Positions 1 to 12,200 of a stretch of DNA of 64,000 bases are shown here, in pieces (the first letter of the stretch is position 1; each line of letters starts with the position of its first letter). Under the pieces are notes generated by a model that made no database searches, was not told the origin of the DNA, and saw only the letters and a list, made by a program, of their open reading frames with translations. The stretch covers positions 18,724,001 to 18,788,000 of the forward strand of contig OZ059900.1 in NCBI GenBank assembly GCA_964057225.1, read 5' to 3'. The stretch comes from Auanema rhodensis (Eukaryota > Animalia > Nematoda). A program made the position numbers and the translations under genes.

Positions 1-342
1 TCGTCAAATGCAACGAATTTCAGCGTGTTACATACTAAAATGAAGCATTTTACATGCTGAACACTAGAAAAATACAAAAACACAGTATTTCCCATGAGAA
101 ATATTTTATTATGCTGGAAAACCAGTTTTTGGAAATTTCGCTGTAAACAAGGTTTTGACTTACGATTTCATGTGTTCAAACTCATGCAATGTCAATGAAA
201 CCTAGCTCAAAATTGTTCGTACAACGTCTAGTTCCACTTTCACGACAAAAAAACTGGGGTTAGAAAATTAAGGAAATTAGCATATTCTGAGGGCACGCCC
301 CTTATGGCTAATATTGATTAAATCGATTTTTGTTCATATGAG
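1..342 (+). repeat. Representative monomer (consensus except T255; phase arbitrary)
   Basis: Hand count of the consensus gives about 59 C and 57 G of 342 (34% GC), 10 CpG, many A/T tracts and several short palindromes. Confidence 0.97.
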
Positions 343-2395
343 TCGTCAAATGCAACGAATTTCAGCGTGTTACATACTAAAATAAAGCATTTTACATGCT
401 GAACACTAGAAGAATACAAAAACACAGTATTTCCCATGAGAAATATTTTATTATGCTGGAAAACCAGTTTTTGGAAATTTCGCTGTAAACAAGGTTTTGA
501 CTTACGATTTCATGTGTTCAAACTCATGCAATGTCAATGAAACCTAGCTCAAAATTGTTCGTACAACGTCTAGTTCCACTTTCACGACAAAAAAACTGGG
601 GTTAGAAAATTAAGGAAATTAGCATATTCTGAGGGCACGCCCCTTATGGCTAATATTGATTAAATCGATTTTTGTTCATATGAGTCGTCAAATGCAACGA
701 ATTTCAGCGTGTTACATACTAAAATGAAGCATTTTACATGCTGAACACTAGAAAAATACAAAAACACAGTATTTCCCACGAGAAATATTTTATTATGCTG
801 GAAAACCAGTTTTTGGAAATTTCGGTGTAAACAAGGTTTTGACTTACGATTTCATGTGTTCAAACTCATGCAATGTCAATGAAACCTAGCTCAAAATTGT
901 TCGTACAACGTCTAGTTCCACTTTCACGACAAAAAAACAGGGGTTAGAAAATTAAGGAAATTAGCATATTCTGAGGGCACGCCCCTTATGGCTAATATTG
1001 ATTAAATCGATTTTTGTTCATATGAGTCGTCAAATGCAACGAATTTCAGCGTGTTACATACTAAAATGAAGCATTTTACATGCTGAACACTAGAAGAATA
1101 CAAAAACACAGTATTTCCCATGAGAAATATTTTATTATGCTGGAAAACCAGTTTTTGGAAATTTCGCTGTAAACAAGGTTTTGACTTACGATTTCATGTG
1201 TTCAAACTCATGCAATGTCAATGAAACCTAGCTCAAAATTGTTCGTACAACGTCTAGTTCCACTTTCACGACAAAAAAACAGGGGTTAGAAAATTAAGGA
1301 AATTAGCATATTCTGAGGGCACGCCCCTTATGGCTAATATTGATTAAATCGATTTTTGTTCATATGAGTCGTCAAATGCAACGAATTTCAGCGTGTTACA
1401 TACTAAAATGAAGCATTTTACATGCTGAACACTAGAAAAATACAAAAACACAGTATTTCCCATGAGAAATATTTTATTATGCTGGAAAACCAGTTTTTGG
1501 AAATTTCGCTGTAAACAAGGTTTTGACTTACGATTTCATGTGTTCAAACTCATGCAATGTCAATGAAACCTAGCTCAAAATTGTTCGTACAACGTCTAGT
1601 TCCACTTTCACGACAAAAAAACAGGGGTTAGAAAATTAAGGAAATTAGCATATTCTGAGGGCACGCCCCTTATGGCTAATATTGATTAAATCGATTTTTG
1701 TTCGTATGAGTCGTCAAATGCAACGAATTTCAGCGTGTTACATACTAAAATGAAGCATTTTACATGCTGAACACTAGAAAAATACAAAAACACAGTATTT
1801 CCCACGAGAAATATTTTATTATGCTGGAAAACCAGTTTTTGGAAATTTCGGTGTAAACAAGGTTTTGACTTACGATTTCATGTGTTCAAACTCATGCAAT
1901 GTCAATGAAACCTAGCTCAAAATTGTTCGTACAACGTCTAGTTCCACTTTCACGACAAAAAAAACAGGGGTTAAAAAATTAAGGAAATTAGCATATTCTG
2001 AGGGCACGCCCCTTATGGCTAATATTGATTAAATCGATTTTTGTTCATATGAATCGTCAAATGCAACGAATTTCAGCGTGTTACATACTAAAATGAAGCA
2101 TTTTACATGCTGAACACTAGAAAAATACAAAAACACAGTATTTCCCATGAGAAATATTTTATTATGCTGGAAAACCAGTTTTTGGAAATTTCGCTGTAAA
2201 CAAGGTTTTGACTTACGATTTCATGTGTTCAAACTCATGCAATGTCAATGAAACCTAGCTCAAAATTGTTCGTACAACGTCTAGTTCCACTTTCACGACA
2301 AAAAAACAGGGGTTAGAAAATTAAGGAAATTAGCATATTCTGAGGGCACGCCCCTTATGGCTAATATTGATTAAATCGATTTTTGTTCGTATGAG

Positions 2396-5300
2396 TCGTC
2401 AAATGCAACGAATTTCAGCGTGTTACATACTAAAATGAAGCATTTTACATGCTGAACACTAGAAAAATACAAAAACACAGTATTTCCCACGAGAAATATT
2501 TTATTATGCTGGAAAACCAGTTTTTGGAAATTTCGGTGTAAACAAGGTTTTGACTTACGATTTCATGTGTTCAAACTCATGCAATGTCAATGAAACCTAG
2601 CTCAAAATTGTTCGTACAACGTCTAGTTCCACTTTCACGACAAAAAAACAGGGGTTAGAAAATTAAGGAAATTAGCATATTCTGAGGGCACGCCCCTTAT
2701 GGCTAATATTGATTAAATCGATTTTTGTTCATATGAGTCGTCAAATGCAACGAATTTCAGCGTGTTACATACTAAAATGAAGCATTTTACATGCTGAACA
2801 CTAGAAGAATACAAAAACACAGTATTTCCCATGAGAAATATTTTATTATGCTGGAAAACCAGTTTTTGGAAATTTCGCTGTAAACAAGGTTTTGACTTAC
2901 GATTTCATGTGTTCAAACTCATGCAATGTCAATGAAACCTAGCTCAAAATTGTTCGTACAACGTCTAGTTCCACTTTCACGACAAAAAAACAGGGGTTAA
3001 AAAATTAAGGAAATTAGCATATTCTGAGGGCACGCCCCTTATGGCTAATATTGATTAAATCGATTTTTGTTCATATGAATCGTCAAATGCAACGAATTTC
3101 AGCGTGTTACATACTAAAATGAAGCATTTTACATGCTGAACACTAGAAAAATACAAAAACACAGTATTTCCCATGAGAAATATTTTATTATGCTGGAAAA
3201 CCAGTTTTTGGAAATTTCGCTGTAAACAAGGTTTTGACTTACGATTTCATGTGTTCAAACTCATGCAATGTCAATGAAACCTAGCTCAAAATTGTTCGTA
3301 CAACGTCTAGTTCCACTTTCACGACAAAAAAACAGGGGTTAGAAAATTAAGGAAATTAGCATATTCTGAGGGCACGCCCCTTATGGCTAATATTGATTAA
3401 ATCGATTTTTGTTCATATGAGTCGTCAAATGCAACGAATTTCAGCGTGTTACATACTAAAATGAAGCATTTTACATGCTGAACACTAGAAGAATACAAAA
3501 ACACAGTATTTCCCATGAGAAATATTTTATTATGCTGGAAAACCAGTTTTTGGAAATTTCGCTGTAAACAAGGTTTTGACTTACGATTTCATGTGTTCAA
3601 ACTCATGCAATGTCAATGAAACCTAGCTCAAAATTGTTCGTACAACGTCTAGTTCCACTTTCACGACAAAAAAACAGGGGTTAGAAAATTAAGGAAATTA
3701 GCATATTCTGAGGGCACGCCCCTTATGGCTAATATTGATTAAATCGATTTTTGTTCATATGAGTCGTCAAATGCAACGAATTTCAGCGTGTTACATACTA
3801 AAATGAAGCATTTTACATGCTGAACACTAGAAAAATACAAAAACACAGTATTTCCCATGAGAAATATTTTATTATGCTGGAAAACCAGTTTTTGGAAATT
3901 TCGCTGTAAACAAGGTTTTGACTTACGATTTCATGTGTTCAAACTCATGCAATGTCAATGAAACCTAGCTCAAAATTGTTCGTACAACGTCTAGTTCCAC
4001 TTTCACGACAAAAAAACAGGGGTTAGAAAATTAAGGAAATTAGCATATTCTGAGGGCACGCCCCTTATGGCTAATATTGATTAAATCGATTTTTGTTCAT
4101 ATGAGTCGTCAAATGCAACGAATTTCAGCGTGTTACATACTAAAATGAAGCATTTTACATGCTGAACACTAGAAAAATACAAAAACACAGTATTTCCCAC
4201 GAGAAATATTTTATTATGCTGGAAAACCAGTTTTTGGAAATTTCGGTGTAAACAAGGTTTTGACTTACGATTTCATGTGTTCAAACTCATGCAATGTCAA
4301 TGAAACCTAGCTCAAAATTGTTCGTACAACGTCTAGTTCCACTTTCACGACAAAAAAACAGGGGTTAGAAAATTAAGGAAATTAGCATATTCTGAGGGCA
4401 CGCCCCTTATGGCTAATATTGATTAAATCGATTTTTGTTCATATGAGTCGTCAAATGCAACGAATTTCAGCGTGTTACATACTAAAATGAAGCATTTTAC
4501 ATGCTGAACACTAGAAGAATACAAAAACACAGTATTTCCCATGAGAAATATTTTATTATGCTGGAAAACCAGTTTTTGGAAATTTCGCTGTAAACAAGGT
4601 TTTGACTTACGATTTCATGTGTTCAAACTCATGCAATGTCAATGAAACCTAGCTCAAAATTGTTCGTACAACGTCTAGTTCCACTTTCACGACAAAAAAA
4701 CAGGGGTTAAAAAATTAAGGAAATTAGCATATTCTGAGGGCACGCCCCTTATGGCTAATATTGATTAAATCGATTTTTGTTCATATGAATCGTCAAATGC
4801 AACGAATTTCAGCGTGTTACATACTAAAATGAAGCATTTTACATGCTGAACACTAGAAAAATACAAAAACACAGTATTTCCCATGAGAAATATTTTATTA
4901 TGCTGGAAAACCAGTTTTTGGAAATTTCGCTGTAAACAAGGTTTTGACTTACGATTTCATGTGTTCAAACTCATGCAATGTCAATGAAACCTAGCTCAAA
5001 ATTGTTCGTACAACGTCTAGTTCCACTTTCACGACAAAAAAACAGGGGTTAGAAAATTAAGGAAATTAGCATATTCTGAGGGCACGCCCCTTATGGCTAA
5101 TATTGATTAAATCGATTTTTGTTCATATGAGTCGTCAAATGCAACGAATTTCAGCGTGTTACATACTAAAATGAAGCATTTTACATGCTGAACACTAGAA
5201 GAATACAAAAACACAGTATTTCCCATGAGAAATATTTTATTATGCTGGAAAACCAGTTTTTGGAAATTTCGCTGTAAACAAGGTTTTGACTTACGATTTC

Positions 5301-6157
5301 ATGTGTTCAAACTCATGCAATGTCAATGAAACCTAGCTCAAAATTGTTCGTACAACGTCTAGTTCCACTTTCACGACAAAAAAACAGGGGTTAGAAAATT
5401 AAGGAAATTAGCATATTCTGAGGGCACGCCCCTTATGGCTAATATTGATTAAATCGATTTTTGTTCATATGAGTCGTCAAATGCAACGAATTTCAGCGTG
5501 TTACATACTAAAATGAAGCATTTTACATGCTGAACACTAGAAAAATACAAAAACACAGTATTTCCCATGAGAAATATTTTATTATGCTGGAAAACCAGTT
5601 TTTGGAAATTTCGCTGTAAACAAGGTTTTGACTTACGATTTCATGTGTTCAAACTCATGCAATGTCAATGAAACCTAGCTCAAAATTGTTCGTACAACGT
5701 CTAGTTCCACTTTCACGACAAAAAAACAGGGGTTAGAAAATTAAGGAAATTAGCATATTCTGAGGGCACGCCCCTTATGGCTAATATTGATTAAATCGAT
5801 TTTTGTTCATATGAGTCGTCAAATGCAACGAATTTCAGCGTGTTACATACTAAAATGAAGCATTTTACATGCTGAACACTAGAAAAATACAAAAACACAG
5901 TATTTCCCACGAGAAATATTTTATTATGCTGGAAAACCAGTTTTTGGAAATTTCGGTGTAAACAAGGTTTTGACTTACGATTTCATGTGTTCAAACTCAT
6001 GCAATGTCAATGAAACCTAGCTCAAAATTGTTCGTACAACGTCTAGTTCCACTTTCACGACAAAAAAACAGGGGTTAGAAAATTAAGGAAATTAGCATAT
6101 TCTGAGGGCACGCCCCTTATGGCTAATATTGATTAAATCGATTTTTGTTCATATGAG
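2396..6157. repeat. 5-monomer (1710 bp) tandem duplication / incipient HOR
   Basis: M8-12 and M13-17 share the variant order [C95+G141],[G70+A263+A342],[consensus],[G70],[consensus]; M18 begins a third copy (C95+G141). Confidence 0.88.
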
Positions 6158-9100
6158 TCGTCAAATGCAACGAATTTCAGCGTGTTACATACTAAAATGA
6201 AGCATTTTACATGCTGAACACTAGAAAAATACAAAAACACAGTATTTCCCATGAGAAATATTTTATTATGCTGGAAAACCAGTTTTTGGAAATTTCGCTG
6301 TAAACAAGGTTTTGACTTACGATTTCATGTGTTCAAACTCATGCAATGTCAATGAAACCTAGCTCAAAATTGTTCGTACAACGTCTAGTTTCACTTTCAC
6401 GACAAAAAAACAGGGGTTAGAAAATTAAGGAAATTAGCATATTCTGAGGGCACGCCCCTTATGGCTAATATTGATTAAATCGATTTTTGTTCATATGAGT
6501 CGTCAAATGCAACGAATTTCAGCGTGTTACATACTAAAATGAAGCATTTTACATGCTGAACACTAGAAAAATACAAAAACACAGTATTTCCCATGAGAAA
6601 TATTTTATTATGCTGGAAAACCAGTTTTTGGAAATTTCGCTGTAAACAAGGTTTTGACTTACGATTTCATGTGTTCAAACTCATGCAATGTCAATGAAAC
6701 CTAGCTCAAAATTGTTCGTACAACGTCTAGTTCCACTTTCACGACAAAAAAACTGGGGTTAGAAAATTAAGGAAATTAGCATATTCTGAGGGCACGCCCC
6801 TTATGGCTAATATTGATTAAATCGATTTTTGTTCATATGAGTCGTCAAATGCAACGAATTTCAGCGTGTTACATACTAAAATAAAGCATTTTACATGCTG
6901 AACACTAGGAGAATACAAAAACACAGTATTTCCCATGAGAAATATTTTATTATGCTGGAAAACCAGTTTTTGGAAATTTCGCTGTAAACAAGGTTTTGAC
7001 TTACGATTTCATGTGTTCAAACTCATGCAATGTCAATGAAACCTAGCTCAAAATTGTTCGTACAACGTCTAGTTCCACTTTCACGACAAAAAAACTGGGG
7101 TTAGAAAATTAAGGAAATTAGCATATTCTGAGGGCACGCCCCTTATGGCTAATATTGATTAAATCGATTTTTGTTCATATGAGTCGTCAAATGCAACGAA
7201 TTTCAGCGTGTTACATACTAAAATGAAGCATTTTACATGCTGAACACTAGAAAAATACAAAAACACAGTATTTCCCATGAGAAATATTTTATTATGCTGG
7301 AAAACCAGTTTTTGGAAATTTCGCTGTAAACAAGGTTTTGACTTACGATTTCATGTGTTCAAACTCATGCAATGTCAATGAAACCTAGCTCAAAATTGTT
7401 CGTACAACGTCTAGTTCCACTTTCACGACAAAAAAAACAGGGGTTAGAAAATTAAGGAAATTAGCATATTCTGAGGGCACGCCCCTTATGGCTAATATTG
7501 ATTAAATCGATTTTTGTTCATATGAGTCGTCAAATGCAACGAATTTCAGCGTGTTACATACTAAAATGAAGCATTTTACATGCTGAACACTAGAAGAATA
7601 CAAAAACACAGTATTTCCCATGAGAAATATTTTATTATGCTGGAAAACCAGTTTTTGGAAATTTCGCTGTAAACAAGGTTTTGACTTACGATTTCATGTG
7701 TTCAAACTCATGCAATGTCAATGAAACCTAGCTCAAAATTGTTCGTACAACGTCTAGTTCCACTTTCACGACAAAAAAACAGGGGTTAGAAAATTAAGGA
7801 AATTAGCATATTCTGAGGGCACGCCCCTTATGGCTAATATTGATTAAATCGATTTTTGTTCATATGAGTCGTCAAATGCAACGAATTTCAGCGTGTTACA
7901 TACTAAAATGAAGCATTCTACATGCTGAACACTAGAAGAATACAAAAACACAGTATTTCCCATGAGAAATATTTTATTATGCTGGAAAACCAGTTTTTGG
8001 AAATTTCGCTGTAAACAAGGTTTTGACTTACGATTTCATGTGTTCAAACTAATGCAATGTCAATGAAACATAGCTCAAAATTGTTCGTACAACGTCTAGT
8101 TCCACTTTCACGACAAAAAAACAGGGGTTAGAAAATTAAGGAAATTAGCATATTCTGAGGGCACGCCCCTTATGGCTAATATTGATTAAATCGATTTTTG
8201 TTCATATGAGTCGTCAAATGCAACGAATTTCAGCGTGTTACATACTAAAATGAAGCATTTTACATGCTGAACACTAGAAGAATACAAAAACACAGTATTT
8301 CCCATGAGAAATATTTTATTATGCTGGAAAACCAATTTTTGGAAATTTCGCTGTAAACAAGGTTTTGACTTACGATTTCATGTGTTCAAACTCATGCAAT
8401 GTCAATGAAACCTAGCTCAAAATTGTTCGTACAACGTCTAGTTCCACTTTCACGACAAAAAAACAGGGGTTAGAAAATTAAGGAAATTAGCATATTCTGA
8501 GGGCACGCCCCTTATGGCTAATATTGATTAAATCGATTTTTGTTCATATGAGTCCTCAAATGCAACGAATTTCAGCGTGTTACATACTAAAATGAAGCAT
8601 TTTACATGCTGAACACTAGAAAAATACAAAAACACAGTATTTCCCATGAGAAATATTTTATTATGCTGGAAAACCAGTTTTTGGAAATTTCGCTGTAAAC
8701 AAGGTTTTGACTTACGATTTCATGTGTTCAAACTCATGCAATGTCAATGAAACCTAGCTCAAAATTGTTCGTACAACGTCTAGTTCCACTTTCACGACAA
8801 AAAAACTGGGGTTAGAAAATTAAGGAAATTAGCATATTCTGAGGGCACGCCCCTTATGGCTAATATTGATTAAATCGATTTTTGTTCATATGAGTCGTCA
8901 AATGCAACGAATTTCAGCGTGTTACATACTAAAATAAAGCATTTTACATGCTGAACACTAGGAGAATACAAAAACACAGTATTTCCCATGAGAAATATTT
9001 TATTATGCTGGAAAACCAGTTTTTGGAAATTTCGCTGTAAACAAGGTTTTGACTTACGATTTCATGTGTTCAAACTCATGCAATGTCAATGAAACCTAGC

Positions 9101-9236
9101 TCAAAATTGTTCGTACAACGTCTAGTTCCACTTTCACGACAAAAAAACAGGGGTTAGAAAATTAAGGAAATTAGCATATTCTGAGGGCACGCCCCTTATG
9201 GCTAATATTGATTAAATCGATTTTTGTTCATATGAG

Positions 9237-12200
9237 TCGTCAAATGCAACGAATTTCAGCGTGTTACATACTTAAATGAAGCATTTTACATGCTGAACAC
9301 TAGAAAAATACAAAAACACAGTATTTCCCATGAGAAATATTTTATTATGCTGGAAAACCAGTTTTTGGAAATTTCGCTTTAAACAAGGTTTTGACTTACG
9401 ATTTCATGTGTTCAAACTCATGCAATGTCAATGAAACCTAGCTCAAAAATGTTCGTACAACGTCTAGTTCCACTTTCACGACAAAAAAACAGGGGTTAGA
9501 AAATTAAGGAAATTAGCATATTCTGAGGGCACGCCCCTTATGGCTAATATTGATTAAATCGATTTTTGTTCATATGAGTCGTCAAATGCAACGAATTTCA
9601 GCGTGTTACATACTAAAATGAAGCATTTTACATGCTGAACACTAGAAGAATACAAAAACACAGTATTTCCCATGAGAAATATTTTATTATGCTGGAAAAC
9701 CAGTTTTTGGAAATTTCGCTGTAAACAAGGTTTTGACTTACGATTTCATGTGTTCAAACTCATGCAATGTCAATGAAACCTAGCTCAAAAATGTTCGTAC
9801 AACGTCTAGTTCCACTTTCACGACAAAAAAACAGGGGTTAGAAAATTAAGGAAATTAGCATATTCTGAGGGCACGCCCCTTATGGCTAATATTGATTAAA
9901 TCGATTTTTGTTCATATGAGTCGTCAAATGCAACGAATTTCAGCGTGTTACATACTAAAATGAAGCATTTTACATGCTGAACACTAGAAAAATACAAAAA
10001 CACAGTATTTCCCATGAGAAATATTTTATTATGCTGGAAAACCAGTTTTTGGAAATTTCGCTGTAAACAAGGTTTTGACTTACGATTTCATGTGTTCAAA
10101 CTCATGCAATGTCAATGAAACCTAGCTCAAAAATGTTCGTACAACGTCTAGTTCCACTTTCACGACAAAAAAACAGGGGTTAGAAAATTAAGGAAATTAG
10201 CATATTCTGAGGGCACGCCCCTTATGGCTAATATTGATTAAATCGATTTTTGTTCATATGAGTCGTCAAATGCAACGAATTTCAGCGTGTTACATACTTA
10301 AATGAAGCATTTTACATGCTGAACACTAGAAAAATACAAAAACACAGTATTTCCCATGAGAAATATTTTATTATGCTGGAAAACCAGTTTTTGGAAATTT
10401 CGCTGTAAACAAGGTTTTGACTTACGATTTCATGTGTTCAAACTCATGCAATGTCAATGAAACCTAGCTCAAAAATGTTCGTACAACGTCTAGTTCCACT
10501 TTCACGACAAAAAAACAGGGGTTAGAAAATTAAGGAAATTAGCATATTCTGAGGGCACGCCCCTTATGGCTAATATTGATTAAATCGATTTTTGTTCATA
10601 TGAGTCGTCAAATGCAACGAATTTCAGCGTGTTACATACTAAAATGAAGCATTTTACATGCTGAACACTAGAAAAATACAAAAACACAGTATTTCCCATG
10701 AGAAATATTTTATTATGCTGGAAAACCAGTTTTTGGAAATTTCGCTGTAAACAAGGTTTTGACTTACGATTTCATGTGTTCAAACTCATGCAATGTCAAT
10801 GAAACCTAGCTCAAAAATGTTCGTACAACGTCTAGTTCCACTTTCACGACAAAAAAACAGGGGTTAGAAAATTAAGGAAATTAGCATATTCTGAGGGCAC
10901 GCCCCTTATGGCTAATATTGATTAAATCGATTTTTGTTCATATGAGTCGTCAAATGCAACGAATTTCAGCGTGTTACATACTAAAATGAAGCATTTTACA
11001 TGCTGAACACTAGAAAAATACAAAAACACAGTATTTCCCATGAGAAATATTTTATTATGCTGGAAAACCAGTTTTTGGAAATTTCGCTGTAAACAAGGTT
11101 TTGACTTACGATTTCATGTGTTCAAACTCATGCAATGTCAATGAAACCTAGCTCAAAAATGTTCGTACAACGTCTAGTTCCACTTTCACGACAAAAAAAC
11201 AGGGGTTAGAAAATTAAGGAAATTAGCATATTCTGAGGGCACGCCCCTTATGGCTAATATTGATTAAATCGATTTTTGTTCATATGAGTCGTCAAATGCA
11301 ACGAATTTCAGCGTGTTACATACTAAAATGAAGCATTTTACATGCTGAACACTAAAAAAATACAAAAACACAGTATTTCCCATGAGAAATATTTTATTAT
11401 GCTGGAAAACCAGTTTTTAGAAATTTCGCTGTAAACAAGGTTTTGACTTACGATTTCATGTGTTCAAACTCATGCAATGTCAATGAAACCTAGCTCAAAA
11501 ATGTTCGTACAACGTCTAGTTCCACTTTCACGACAAAAAAACAGGGGTTAGAAAATTAAGGAAATTAGCATATTCTGAGGGCACGCCCCTTATGGCTAAT
11601 ATTGATTAAATCGATTTTTGTTCATATGAGTCGTCAAATGCAACGAATTTCAGCGTGTTACATACTAAAATAAAGCATTTTACATGCTGAACACTAGGAG
11701 AATACAAAAACACAGTATTTCCCATGAGAAATATTTTATTATGCTGGAAAACCAGTTTTTGGAAATTTCGCTGTAAACAAGGTTTTGACTTACGATTTCA
11801 TGTGTTCAAACTCATGCAATGTCAATGAAACCTAGCTCAAAAATGTTCGTACAACGTCTAGTTCCACTTTCACGACAAAAAAACAGGGGTTAGAAAATTA
11901 AGGAAATTAGCATATTCTGAGGGCACGCCCCTTATGGCTAATATTGATTAAATCGATTTTTGTTCATATGAGTCGTCAAATGCAACGAATTTCAGCGTGT
12001 TACATACTAAAATGAAGCATTTTACATGCTGAACACTAGAAAAATACAAAAACACAGTATTTCCCATGAGAAATATTTTATTATGCTGGAAAACCAGTTT
12101 TTGGAAATTTCGCTGTAAACAAGGTTTTGACTTACGATTTCATGTGTTCAAACTCATGCAATGTCAATGAAACCTAGCTCAAAAATGTTCGTACAACGTC

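Noticed and set aside
52-187. Imperfect inverted repeat TGAACAC (58-64) / GTGTTCA (172-178) as MITE termini
   Set aside because: Only 7 bp match perfectly, there is no target-site duplication, and such a match is plausible by chance in AT-rich DNA.
256-263. GGGGTTAG telomere-like word / G-quadruplex
   Set aside because: A single copy per monomer, not tandem; too few G-runs nearby for a G4.
270-312. Satellite-encoded hammerhead ribozyme (known from newt, schistosome and cave-cricket satellites)
   Set aside because: The CUGANGA core is absent on both strands (only CTGAGGG, CTGAACA, minus-strand CTGAAAT). An Infernal/Rfam scan would be the definitive test.
1-342. Monomer length divisible by 3 (114 codons), suggesting a giant repetitive ORF
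   Set aside because: Every frame has stops in each monomer: plus strand TGA 58-60, TGA 41-43, TAA 36-38; minus-strand stops read as TCA at 4, 20 and 168. Open stretches are short, with no coding signal.
1-342. Primate alpha-satellite dimer (2x171 bp)
   Set aside because: Only the length matches; I recognise no alpha-satellite sequence, and the putative subunits are unequal.
1-342. Tandem 5S rRNA, tRNA, snRNA or spliced-leader gene array
   Set aside because: No recognisable 5S sequence, cloverleaf or properly spaced A/B boxes; GTTCAAA at 174-180 alone is insufficient. Not excluded without an Rfam search.
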